Shown here: piece by piece, positions 12,645 through 24,406 of the stretch | Numbering within the stretch: position 1 is the stretch's first letter | Layout of the letters: each line of letters starts with the position of its first letter | Source of the DNA: Eledone cirrhosa | Lineage: Eukaryota | Direction of reading: 5' to 3' | NCBI GenBank assembly: GCA_964016885.1 | Contig: OZ024741.1 | Span: 411,866,001-411,930,000, forward strand | Length of the DNA: 64,000 bases | The notes under the pieces: generated by a model | The model's input: only the letters and a program-made list of their open reading frames with translations | What the model was told of the DNA's origin: nothing | The model's database searches: none | Program-made: the position numbers and the translations under genes

Positions 12645-15600
12645 TTCTATTCTAAGGCGGGTAAAATTCCCGAGATCCATGGACGAGTTCTCTCCAGCGG
12701 TCTCTGTCCCTCATTATCGCTGCCATATCCTGCGTCTCCAACAGACCAGTGTCTGTCCTTAGGACATCAACATACGTTAACCTTGGTCTTCCTCTTCTAG
12801 TGTGTCCATGTAGGGGCTCCCAGAGGAGCACTGAGTGCAATGTCAACTCTGGATATCGGTGAGCATGTCCAGCTAACCTCAGTCTCCTCTGTGTCACTTT
12901 TGAACTGACTTTTGGGAGGCTCCGATACAGCTCTGAGTTTTTCATCCTCAGTGTATATTGATTAATGTTCAGAGCCATCCTCAGCATTCTCGTGTAGCAC
13001 CCATCCACCATCTGAGTGAATTTCTTGGTCAGTGTCCAAGTCTCAGACCCGTACAGCATCACAGACTCCACTACAGCAATGAAGAGGCGGATTTTCAGGT
13101 CTTTACGAAGGTCCGACTTCCACACTGATCTCAAGCTGTGGCACGCCGCCCAGGCTTTGCTCTTCCTCTCAACCACATCATCTTCCGTATTCCCAATCTT
13201 TGCTCTCAAATACAAGAAGCCGTCAACCAATTCTAGCGGCTTTCCGCCTACATTAGTGATCCCCTCTGGCTTCTCAACATTCTCTACCAGATATTTTGTT
13301 TTAGTCTCGTTCATTCTCAGCCCCACACTCATCGACACAGTCTCAACCTCCCGCATCAAATCCTCTGCCCCCTTCACTGTATTTGTCACCAAAACTATGT
13401 CGTCGGCAAATTCAGCATCCGATACCTTTTTCGCCCTAACTCTCCTGCTCTGAGCCGGTGCTACAGTAAAGCCAGAGTCCTGGTGTTTCTCCAGTGCAAG
13501 GTGCATACAATAGTCCACTACGATGATAAAAAGGTAGGGAGCCAATGTATCTCCCTGGAGCACTCCAGCCAGTATCTCAAAGAACTCTGTCATCCCATCA
13601 GGTGTAATGACTTTGGTGTTGGTGTAGAGCAATGATATCAGGTCCACTATCTTCTTGGGGATTCCATAAGCCTGTAAGATCTTCATCAGGCAGTAACGGT
13701 CCACAGAATCAAAGGCCTTCCTAAAGTCAATGAAAACCATGACCGCAGGAAGGCACTTTGCTCTAGCTCCCTCTAATATCCTCCTCAGCATCAGGATGTG
13801 ACTGGTGGTTGATCTTCCCTCTCTGAAGCCGTTCTGGTTGTCCCTGAGCTTCTTCTCCATCTCAGGCTGGATCCTGTTAAGAATCATCCTGTTGAGGGTC
13901 TTTGCCACAAGTGACGTCAGTGAGATCCCCCTGTAGTTGTTGGTGTTAGAGAGATCTCCCTTCTTCGGCACTGGGACGATGTTACTGATCCTCCACTGAT
14001 TCGGGGCAACTCCTTTCTCCACTGCCCGGTTACAGAACCCCAGGATGATATCATCAAAATCACACCTCTTCATCACCTCTGATGCCACTCCATCTTCTCC
14101 ATGAGCCTTGCCCTCCTTGATCCTCTTCTTGGCTCTCTGAAGCTCCTTCTCTGGTGAAGGGCTCTGTCTCAACATCCAGTTCCTCAAACAGCGGCCTGAT
14201 CTCCCCAGTGCTCTGGGCTGTGGAGGGTGGCTCTCCTAGTATGGTCCTAAAATGGCCTAGCCATTTCCTCTTCCTATCCTCGGGCCCCGTTCCCTGGATC
14301 TGACTCGAACACCTTCTCTTCCTCCCTGTGATCTCGTTGATGATCATCCAGCTCTCCCTACATCCAGATCTGTCAACTGCTCTCTCCACACTTCTGATCT
14401 TCTCTATCAGTGCCTCCTCTCTGACCTCAGTGTAAGCGGTACAGAGTTCTTCCCTCATCACCTCCACAGTCTCCATCCTCTCCTCCGTAGGATCAGCATA
14501 GAATTGGTTCTTGGCAGCTTTCAGGTGTTCTCTGGCTGCACACACTTTTGGGTTTGCAGAGCTGACGTGCTTCCTTTTGTTCTTTTTCCTCGGCACCAGG
14601 GTTTCACTTGCTTCCGCCACTGAATTGGCGAAGTGCCCGTACCTCCTCGTCACACTCTCCTCAGTCCATCCAATCTCTCTCTCCTCTGACTCTCCACACA
14701 GAGCACTAAACCTGTTTCTCACTTCCACTGTGAACCTCTCCTGCAGCTTATCATCTTCCTTGAAAGCTCCCCAGCCATAGATTGCTCTCCGGGGCCGAGC
14801 CTTGCTCTTTCTTAAGCTCACCCGGACCTCACTCATAACAAGCCGGTGATCACTACCCAGTGTACTGAAATAGTTGTATGGTTCTGTGTTCAGAACACTA
14901 TTGCGCCACTTTTTCCTCACCAGAATGAAATCAATCTGGGACTTGGACAGGTGCATATCTGAGATGTAGGTCCACATCTTTCCCAGATTCTTCCTAAACC
15001 TTAGGTTGGTCGCCATCAAGTTCGTCTCCAGCAGGGTGTCTCTCAGTAGTCTTCCATTTCGGTTGGTGTTGTTATGGAAGTACCAGTAAGGATCTTCACT
15101 GCCCTCCTTACTCAGATGTGTATTGAAGTCCCCCAAAACAAGCAGGATATTGTGTGCTTGAGTGGTGTTGACAGCTCTACACACCTCCTCATGGAACTCT
15201 TCCGCACTCACATCACTGTCCCCTCGGTTGGACTATAGGCTGAGATGACTGTCAGTCTTGGGTTTCCATTGAAGGTCACCCTCAACACTCGCGGGGAGAC
15301 GCATTATTTCCCTCACCAATAGATTGGTTTTTGTACTGAACACAAAACCCACTCCTCCTACTGCAGCATTTGTTGTGTTCTTCACTGCCGATGTAGTGAT
15401 GAGCTGGCTCCTCTTCCCGATCATCACACTCCTCACTGGCTCATCGTGTAGGATCCTGTGTTCTTGGATCGCAAGTATCTGTATACCACTCTCCTCGAAC
15501 AGATGTCCCAACTCCCCTCTCTTCTCCAGCGTCCGAATAGTCCTCACATTCAAAGTGCCCATTTTGATGGCTCTTCTGCAGGACAAAACTGCATTCTTTA

Positions 15601-15947
15601 TATTTGTCTCAGAGACAGCTGATCCATCATCCACTGGCCCTCTCTGTGGCTCTAAGCCAGCAAAGTCATAACGACCAGGCTGCTCCTTGACAGAGTAATT
15701 AGGGGCTCTAACCCTAGTGCTGTTAGATCGACTCTCCATATTTCTTTTCAATGGCTGAAAATACCTTATCGGCGCCACTCGAATAAGGTAGTTATTTAAC
15801 CCATAAATGGAGCCCTAACAGGTACTACTACCCCGGGCCAGGGCAGACCTGGGAGTCATGACAACTAAGGGGTAACTCCACATTCCCCACAACTCCTGAA
15901 CTCTCGAACTGGATCCTTGCCACTGGATGTAGTTTAATGTCATACCC

Positions 15948-15952
<5 letters not shown>
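12645..15952 (-). mobile_element. Near full-length RTE LINE (family 1), frameshifted APE-RT ORF
   Basis: ORF pieces 15233..15778 (GTLNVRT, IQEH), 14060..15211 (LGDFN, QIDF, SDH), 12652..14187 (QGDTLAP, FADD, YGSETW, RGRP); structured 5'UTR ~15790-15952. Confidence 0.92.
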
Positions 15953-15964
<12 letters not shown>

Positions 15965-15984
<20 letters not shown>

Positions 15985-16289
15985 GAGGATGTCTGTGTGT
16001 CTGTTTTCCTAAAACTCGAGAAGTACCCAACCGGTTTTTTTCAAACTTTATACATGTAACTCGTATGACCCCGGAAGTGTTTTGAGCAAAAACAATTTCA
16101 AATTTTCAATGCCCTAGGGACCGCATTAGGCGATTTAGCGATCTCTTTCTCTTTCTCTTAGTCTTTCTCATTTTAGATAGATACATAGATATGACGTCGC
16201 GCCTTCATAATATCTGCCTGTATGCCTGACTGTCTGCATTACGTCATTATGACGCGATCAGTGTGTGTGTGTATATATGTATATATATA

Positions 16290-16321
<32 letters not shown>

Positions 16322-16449
16322 TCTTATGCCAGGGAACGTCTTCACGAACCAAAGTATCGTCTTCCTGTTTTCCAGATTGATTTTTTTAGTTTCAGAAGAT
16401 CCCGTTAAGGGTGAAAGCAGCGATTCTTTGCTTAAACTTTAGTCTTTTA

Positions 16450-16493
<44 letters not shown>

Positions 16494-16639
16494 TATATTT
16501 ATGGACAGATATTTTTGCATACACAATAACAAAATATAAACAAACGTATTTATTTCACGAGGTTCGATAAGGATAAATATATATCAAATATATAAGAACC
16601 CTATAGCAAATCCCGAGCAACGCCGGGCCATTCTGCTAG
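15965..16639 (+). mobile_element. Non-autonomous Helitron
   Basis: Subterminal hairpin CCCGAGCAACGCCGGG then CTAG|T at 16636-16640; 5' end lost in (TA)n. Confidence 0.7.
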
Positions 16640-16787
16640 TATATATAATTGAAAAAGTGGAGAATAACATGGTCAACAGTACAAAAAAGGAGATTTATTT
16701 ACAGTCTAACAACGCTGTACGCTAAAACTGCCCATAATAAGAAGTATTCACAACCTATATTTAGATTACCTATAACGATATTTTGTT

Positions 16788-16885
<98 letters not shown>

Positions 16886-17344
16886 ACAAGACAATCAGCA
16901 AACCATTTACCACAAACACTTGTCAAATCTCCCTTCACCATCCACCCTTAGCCCTTGGGTCTCATACTAGTATCTCCTAATTAATCTCTAATTTACTGCT
17001 TTTTCTTTTATCTGTCACTACCTCAGACTCTCTACACGTCTCTATGTATGTTTCGAATATGACTTTACATGTTAGCACTAAACCCACCACAGCATCCTTA
17101 TACGGACATTTACTCACCACCACCACTATCATATTCTGTACTTATATGCTCTCACTTATCCTTATTTCTTTATATATTTTATTATTTTTCCATTTTCTTA
17201 ATTTTTTACTGTATCTTTTTTCTTATCTTTTACTTTTTACATCTGTAACTTCTTTACCTATTTATCATATATTTTATTATTGCTATTATTGTTTTGATTA
17301 TACGCTATTTCTCTCTATATATCGTGCCATGTATGAATTATTCG

Positions 17345-17453
17345 TATTCTGAGGAATTGGTCTGATGTAAATAATGTAATGGAAATCGAGTGACGCAACT
17401 TCGAGCGATTAGCGACCTCTAGACTCACCCGATCAATGAAACAATTGTTAATT
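17345..17453 (+). ncRNA. Type I hammerhead-like motif with ~68-nt loop II insert
   Basis: CTGAGGA(17349), stem II ATTGGTC/GATCAAT, GAAAC-AATT-GTT; stem I weak. Confidence 0.5.
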
Positions 17454-17627
17454 CCTGAAATAAAGCCCATTGTTGTACAGCCATCCACGTTACTCTTCAT
17501 TCTTTCACTATATAAATATAAGTATATACAGTATATATATATCAATGATATTAATAAATGGAAACTATACTTTATAAAACCATATTTTTGGTACGCTCTC
17601 ATCAGATCAAATGCAAAACAACTTTTG

Positions 17628-17688
17628 TATTTTATCTGATGAGAGCGTACCAAAATTTTGGTACCCTTGAAATATATATAATAAAATA
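17628..17688 (+). ncRNA. Minimal type I hammerhead ribozyme
   Basis: Stem I TATTTTAT/ATAAAATA, CTGATGA, stem II GTACCAAAA/TTTTGGTAC, GAAA-TATATA-TA; homolog at 57740-57805. Confidence 0.75.
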
Positions 17689-17719
17689 AATATGGTTTTA
17701 TAAAGTATAGTTTCCATTT

Positions 17720-17900
17720 GGATTGGCAGTATCGGTAGAGGGTCGGACGCCATGCTTTCCAGCATAGTTACGTCCCTTTACGATCTGAGTTCAAATCCCG
17801 CCGAGGTTGACTTTGCCTTTCATCCTTACGGGGTCGATAAAATAAAGTACCAGTAATGTACTGGGTAATTTCTGGCCTTGTGCCAATAGTAGAAACAATT
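17720..17900 (+). mobile_element. tRNA-derived SINE (family A)
   Basis: A box TGGCAGTATCGG, B box GAGTTCAAATCCC; matches 428-608. Confidence 0.85.
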
Positions 17901-18006
17901 AATATCATTGATATTATACTCCAGAAGAATTTTGTAGAGTGCTTCGAATCTGTTTAAATTAAATTTGTTGAATAACCAACAAATTAGATAACTCTTTGCT
18001 TATATA

Positions 18007-18046
<40 letters not shown>

Positions 18047-18047
<1 letters not shown>

Positions 18048-19124
18048 TAGCAGAAGTACCCGGCGTTGCCCGAGTGTAAGTCGACCTTTGGTCTGTTGTT
18101 AAAATGTTTGAAAGTTACTTCCCGCGCATCACAGGTGCAAAAACCTTCGAACCTCAAGGAAAGAAACAGAGGTTAGTATACGCATGTGTGTAATTGAGCA
18201 TAAATAATGGATCAATTGTAGGTTCACAGTGTATCGTTGAAATTGTTCTTTGCAAGACTGATGGAAGTCAAATTAACTTGAAATTGAATTTTCAGTTGAT
18301 TTTTAAAGCAGGTTGAAAAAGTCGATTTTTTCAAAAAATTTTTTTTTTTACAATTTTGGCGCTCACATGTGCAGAAGAAGAAATAAAAGGGACTTTATGT
18401 GAATCGCGGCATAATGGACGATTCATTTGCGACAGTTTTCACGAAAATCGGACGGTCCTGTAAAAAATTATCCCATCTGCAACTTTGCCTTTTTTTTTGC
18501 GCAAAGTCGAACGCCCGCTTCAGTTTTATTGATTTTTTACATGAACGCGTGACCTCTGAAGTAGATTTGAGTAGCTAAAGACCTGTCCCGGTAAATTTGC
18601 TATATGTGAAAAAAAGTTGAACAAAATTGCGTCTAGGGTTATTGCCCTTTGCAACAGCCTCAAGAACTTGTAATTAAAAAGATTTACCATGGACTATCGT
18701 GCACGTTGGTATTGTGTTTAGCCTGCGAAAATCGGTGATCAAATGAGGCAACAATAAGCCATACTGATGACGTTTAAGCGGGTGGCAAGGAATTGATGCG
18801 GCATAGATAGCCATGGGAGTCTTGAAGGAGCACGGCGGTCAGGCAAAAGAAAGGGCCGAGTATGGGATGGTGGCTGACAGTGCATGGAGGCGGCATCCTG
18901 AGGCATGAAGATGTAGTGGTGCGACGGCCAGCAGGCAAGGAAGAGGGCAGGGGTGGACGGTGGCAAGGATGCCGCATGGTGAGCCATGACAGTCTTGAAG
19001 GACCAAGTCGTGCGGGTAAGGGAGAGGGAAGGGGAGGGCATGGTGGCTGATAGAGCATGGATGCGGCATGGTGAGGCATGACGATGCAGTGGGACAACAT
19101 ATATATACACACACACATATATAT

Positions 19125-19177
<53 letters not shown>

Positions 19178-19577
19178 CATAACAATATATGTGTGTGTTT
19201 ATCTATCTATGTATTTTATCAGCAGGCAGGAGGTTTTGGCTGCGCCAGTGAGGTGGAAGAGAGGGAAAGAGAGTAAGTTAGAGTTGTCCTGATTTTTGCC
19301 TCTGGTGATCCAATTATCGATTTTTCGAAAATTTAATGTAGCGCACGTTTATCCCCGGATCAAAATACACACCTGCGTCGAGTTTCATCGATTTTTGAAA
19401 ATATCGAATTTTGGCTTCTGGGGTCCCGATTATCGATTTTTCGAAATTTTCAAGTAGCCTATTCCACTCTACGCGTTGAGTTTTATATATGTGTGAGGTT
19501 TCATGAAAATTGGATGAACGGTGTAGCATGCAAGTTGGGTACACCAAACAACGCCCAACTTCACTTTATATATAAGA
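18047..19577 (-). mobile_element. Non-autonomous Helitron (~1.5 kb)
   Basis: Minus strand A|TC...CTCGGGCAACGCCGGG..CTAG|T: 5' TC, 3' CTAG, subterminal hairpin, AT target; 3' end nearly identical to 16612-16639. Confidence 0.85.
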
Positions 19578-19999
19578 TATATATATATATATGAGAGTAT
19601 TGAAGTTTGCTTGAAGCATTGTGGAATAATAATTTTTTTTTTGTTTTTTTGCTCGTTTTAGAAGCCTCAACAATGCAGATGGGTAAATCTCCGGGTAACA
19701 GTTACGCACAAACAGCAGACAACAGAGGCCACGTACCGTTCCTCTCCGACAGATAACTCCCCCCCCCCCCCCCTCGGAAAACCTCCCAGTTGATGGATGC
19801 GAATCCGAAATATAGGGACAATTAAATCTCCCCCAAGGTAATTCTATCTCGTGTTATTATTTTTAATTTTTACGCTCTTTCCTACGTTCCTCTACACACT
19901 ATACATCTCATTCTACACTCCCTTACATCTCTCTCTTCACCACCAGATTCTGTTACCCGGAGATTTACCCATCTGCATTGTTGAGGCTTCCAAAATACA

Positions 20000-20034
<35 letters not shown>

Positions 20035-20235
20035 TATTCAGGATACTATTTATGGTTATGTATATTTTAAACTTTTTATAATTATGTATATTTTAAACCT
20101 TAAACAGTGAAGGTTAGTAATTTATTACTACCTTATTACCAGTAAGATAAATAGCTCAATGTAATAACATCAGTTGTTCTACAGAGCAGTTATATAGAAT
20201 TCACAAGAATCAAAGCTATGTTCAAAGCATTTATC

Positions 20236-20282
20236 CACTTACAATTGTTTCATCCAAACCTAGGCTTGGAGTCTTCGGAGCA
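20236..20282 (-). ncRNA. Minimal hammerhead-like motif, CCGAAGA core variant
   Basis: TGCT-CCGAAGA-C-TCCAAGC/GTTTGGA-T-GAAAC-AATT-GTA-AGTG. Confidence 0.6.
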
Positions 20283-20350
20283 TTTTCCAATGTTTGTACT
20301 TATAATTGACCCCCTTTCCAACGCAAGAGACATACAAATACATATATATA

Positions 20351-21303
20351 TAGACATGAAAAATGCGCAAGCTCAAAAGTGCCACAGAATGTTATAATAA
20401 ACCTTCAAAAGTGTGGGACTAGAGTTGTTGCTAAAAAATATTGTAATCATTATATATCGTACATTCTGTGGCATCCTTTATAAAAATAGCTTAAACCAAC
20501 GAAGCCTTTATTTTTACGCTATTTCACTTAGTTAATTCTTAGAGTGTAACATATAAAAATATGATTTACAACTATAAAATAAATTAATTAATATAATAAC
20601 AGAGCTGCGGAGCTGAAATTTAGGAAATAATGGAGTATCGGATCCTGAGTTGGAGCCAGTCAATTTTTGGCCGACTCCGCAGCCCTGTATAATACATTTC
20701 ATATTAAAGTTATTAATAAACCTATTTTACACTGCATGCAAATTACCATGAGATATTGATATTAGATATAAGATACAGCGCAATATCTACAGCTGTAAAA
20801 GTACGAAAGCGAAGTAATAATAAGTGGCTTAAGGTAATTCCAATATGAAAGTTTGTAGTGATAAAAATTTGATAATGCAATACGATTGTTAATATTATAG
20901 TTCTATGAAAATGTAACAATAGATAACTAAATTATTTTACTATTAGTATATTTAAGAAATTATCATTATAGATTTGATCGTTCATATAAGCATCATATTA
21001 ATTTTCAACACAATTATTTTGTTACTATGAGTATATGATAATAATATTACGTAATTATTTATAGCTGTTATTACATTAAACATAGATGTATTTATTTTTA
21101 TATGTTACACTCTAAGAATTAACTAAGTGAAATAGCGTAAAAATAAAGGCTTCGTTGGTTTAAGCTATTTTTATAAAGGATGCCACAGAATGTACGATAT
21201 ATAATGATTACAATATTTTTTAGCAACAACTCTAGTCCCACACTTTTGAAGGTTTATTATAACATTCTGTGGCACTTTTGAGCTTGCGCATTTTTCATGT
21301 CTA
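20351..21303. repeat. ~210-bp inverted repeat pair (20351-20561 / 21093-21303)
   Basis: Arms read as exact reverse complements around a ~530-bp AT-rich spacer. Confidence 0.9.
20600..20687. mobile_element. Tiny MITE remnant, hAT-like termini
   Basis: CAGAGCTGCGGAG ... CTCCGCAGCCCTG terminal inverted repeats. Confidence 0.5.
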
Positions 21304-21894
21304 GTTTAATATTTTTTTAAGGCAACGCTTGTTAAACGCTTGTTAAGGATATATATATTTTAAGGCAACTCTAGTTAAACAGGATATATATTAATAATAA
21401 ATTATCGTTGTAATGTAATTAGATTATGTAATTGTTATTATAAATTATCTTATAAATATTAGTGTAAGATGTATAAAAATATTTTCAGACTTTTAATATA
21501 AACAACTACAAAAAACAATCAATATTAAATCAATATATTATACATAATAGAAAACATAAAATAAACAATACAAAAACAAAATATTTACATACAATTGCAA
21601 TTATCAGTGTATATACATTTTCTTTATATTCCCTGAGCAAATTAATAAGATTTGTTTTTATTGTACATAATTTGATGACTTGTTGGAGTGTATTAAAAGA
21701 TAGCAACAATTTGTGATTAAATTGTTATCTTAAGCAACTCACTTTTTAATAGTTGTTGGCTGAGCGAAATTGTAAAAGCCTATGAGCAAATATAAAAAAA
21801 AATACACAAACAACATTTCCTTGTGTTATTACAACATTAGATAAAATAATTGAGCAATGTCGTTATATTTTGCTCTTATTGCACATTAATAGTG

Positions 21895-22060
21895 TTTCTA
21901 TTTTTCGGCACAAATCCATTACGGCAGTCCATTACTGGTACTTTATTTTATCGAATTAGTAAGTATGAAAGTCGAAGTTAACCTCGGCAGGATTTGAACT
22001 TAGAATGCAAAGGACCATAACAATACTGCAAAGCATGGTGTCTGACGCTCTACCAATACT
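21895..22060 (-). mobile_element. Diverged SINE family A copy
   Basis: Shares cattactggtactttattttatcga and aacctcggc..gatttgaact with 428-608. Confidence 0.7.
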
Positions 22061-22529
22061 TGTGTTGAGCTGGTCATTAATTTATGGTGGTCGTGCGTGG
22101 AGTAGAGCAATCGCTAGTTGAAATATTATGAACAAAACATTTTTATTTGCCGAAGAATATATTTTCAATACTGTTTGTGAATGTGACGAAGGAAATACAT
22201 TCTGATATGGAACAGTGTACAAAGTGTGTCTGTGAATAACATAATGTTACCTCATGTTGTTGTCAAGACATAATGGATTTCGTATATCCAGTTAGAAGAT
22301 GAAACCTAGCCATCTCGGATTAGTTATATTTCATGCCATGTGTAAACGTGTTTGAGGATAGCAAAATATGCGTGTTTCTTGTCTGGAAACTTTCTGCTAA
22401 ACTGATTGGTTTCGTTTTTGGCACTATACAATACTCATCCAACAGATAGCTGTATTGGATCTTTGATTGGTTAATATTTAGGTGAGGGTGCTTGATGCAG
22501 AGTTAGTGCAAAATGGATCAATGTGTAAT

Positions 22530-23181
22530 AATAATAATGATAATAATAATGAAAATATTGTGTACAATGCTGAAGTGCACTACAACTCATCAAAAGTGCA
22601 TATATAATACATAGGGTAATATAAAAACGTCATGAAAAAAGAACAGTGCATGAGTCATGATATACACATATGTGCATGTGTATGGAAGGGGGACATCAGG
22701 TGTAGTTTTGGTGTATTTCGGAATGTATGATGGTTTTAAAGGATGCAGTGTGTCATCAGCTAACAACTGATGCAAGAAGTTTGTTCCATCCTTCAGCAAC
22801 TCTGAGCATGAAGAAATATTTCCTAAAGTCATGGGAGCTGTGTTGTTTTCTGACTTTGTAGGCATGTCCACGTGTTAGACACATGGAGATCAAAAAGGTG
22901 TTCGGGGTTGTTGTTGTTGGTCGGATGGTTAATAACTTTGTGGGTGTTTACCAAGTCCATTGCCAGAGGGAAGCAAAATATTCAGGGTATGGTAGGTGTC
23001 TGATGGAGGGTATGCGCTTGGTTGCATGTCTCTGAACAGTTTCCAGGAGGTCAATGTTCTGAGCAAGATAGGGGTTCCAGACTGATGACGCGAACTCCAA
23101 GTGTATTCGTACCATATATGTATACAGCTTTAAATAGATGGCTGGAGAGCAGCTAATGAAGGTCTTGCTGATTGATGCCAA
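22530..23181 (-). mobile_element. 5'-truncated CR1-group LINE 3' end
   Basis: HLEFASSVWNPYL..LETVQRHATK; matches 51170-51830. Confidence 0.85.
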
Positions 23182-23393
23182 GTCAATCTTAATAAATTGA
23201 CTGATTTATCTGTTCACTACTGCTAATCCACCGCTGTTTGTACAATTTTTTAGATAATGTCAATTTGAGCTTGAATCATTGGCGTAATGAAATTTGAAAA
23301 GATTATAAGCAAATCTTTTTTAAAATACACAGACAACATTTAACTGTATCGTTGCAACATTAGATCTAATAATGGAGCAACATTTGTGCAGAA

Positions 23394-23858
23394 TTATTGT
23401 TTGTGCAATAAGATATTTGCAGATCTGTACTTGGTCTGCTCTTTAGCCAACTCGGTACGTTTAGAAGCTCTACGCTCGGCTTGCTTTTGAGATATAATAG
23501 CTGAATTTGCAGATCTATACTTGGCCTGCTTGTTTGCCAACTCATACCGTTTTGAACATCTATACTTGGCCTGTTTTTGTGTTAATTTAGCAAAATTCAC
23601 AGCTCTATAATCGGCCTGTTTTTGTCTCAACTTCTCCCGATTCCGCATCCGGTAAGCTGCTTTCACATCCAATTTAATACGCCCATCTAGATTATTAGCA
23701 CAGGAATGTGAACAAGCTTGTGGGACCGCATCATTGTAAGTATATGAACTGCCTGCAACATCAAGACCCAATTCACAAGTGCAGCGTTGCTCATTCACAT
23801 CGGCAGTGGGGACACCAAAATCAGTGACAGGTCTCGATTCACTCGCGAGATACATCAC
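23394..23858 (-). pseudogene. ORF with 15-aa basic helical repeats, possible Helitron N-terminal fragment
   Basis: Five periodic repeats like LxQKQAKYRxxN; no diagnostic domain visible. Confidence 0.25.
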
Positions 23859-23887
23859 AGCTACACTATATATTTAAACATATAGAC

Positions 23888-23946
23888 AGTGATACCTCGC
23901 TACTTGGCGGTTCAACTATCGCGGATTCACGATTTCGCGCATTTTT
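23888..23946 (+). mobile_element. Solo pogo/Tigger-like terminal sequence
   Basis: CAGTGATACCTCG..TATCGCGGATTCACGATTTCGCG resembles Tigger-type ends; no partner end found. Confidence 0.4.
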
Positions 23947-24345
23947 AGAATATATATATGAACACCTAAAATTTTTCATTAAATCCATTAAAATATTAAT
24001 AATAAACACAGTTCTAATCATACGCTATATATATATATATATAAATATAAGTAATTAATACCGTATAAATGGTACAAAGACTGTTTATGTAAAATGTATT
24101 TCTCAACAGAGTATTGAATACTTAGGAGAAATTCAAAACTAAGAGTGATAAAATTTCAAGCAAAGAGTTTAATTAGGTAATGACTTACAAATTTGTTTCA
24201 GAATATAGACAAAGCCTGAAGCGCTAATTATAATAATTAGTTAATAATATTACAAAATATATTAATATTATATTAAATATATACTGAAACAAATTTGTAA
24301 GTCATTACCTAATTAAACTCTTTGCTTGAAATGTTATCATTCTTC

Positions 24346-24406
<61 letters not shown>

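Noticed and set aside
16388-16425. Further hammerhead candidates (also ~24217-24305, 26395-26520, 36900-36940, 43280-43325, 46825-46905, 52725-52765)
   Set aside because: Only one core half or multiple core/stem mismatches; plausible relics but not supportable individually
17720-17800. tRNA genes (also 60505-60570)
   Set aside because: A/B boxes present but no cloverleaf; multi-copy with SINE body and tail
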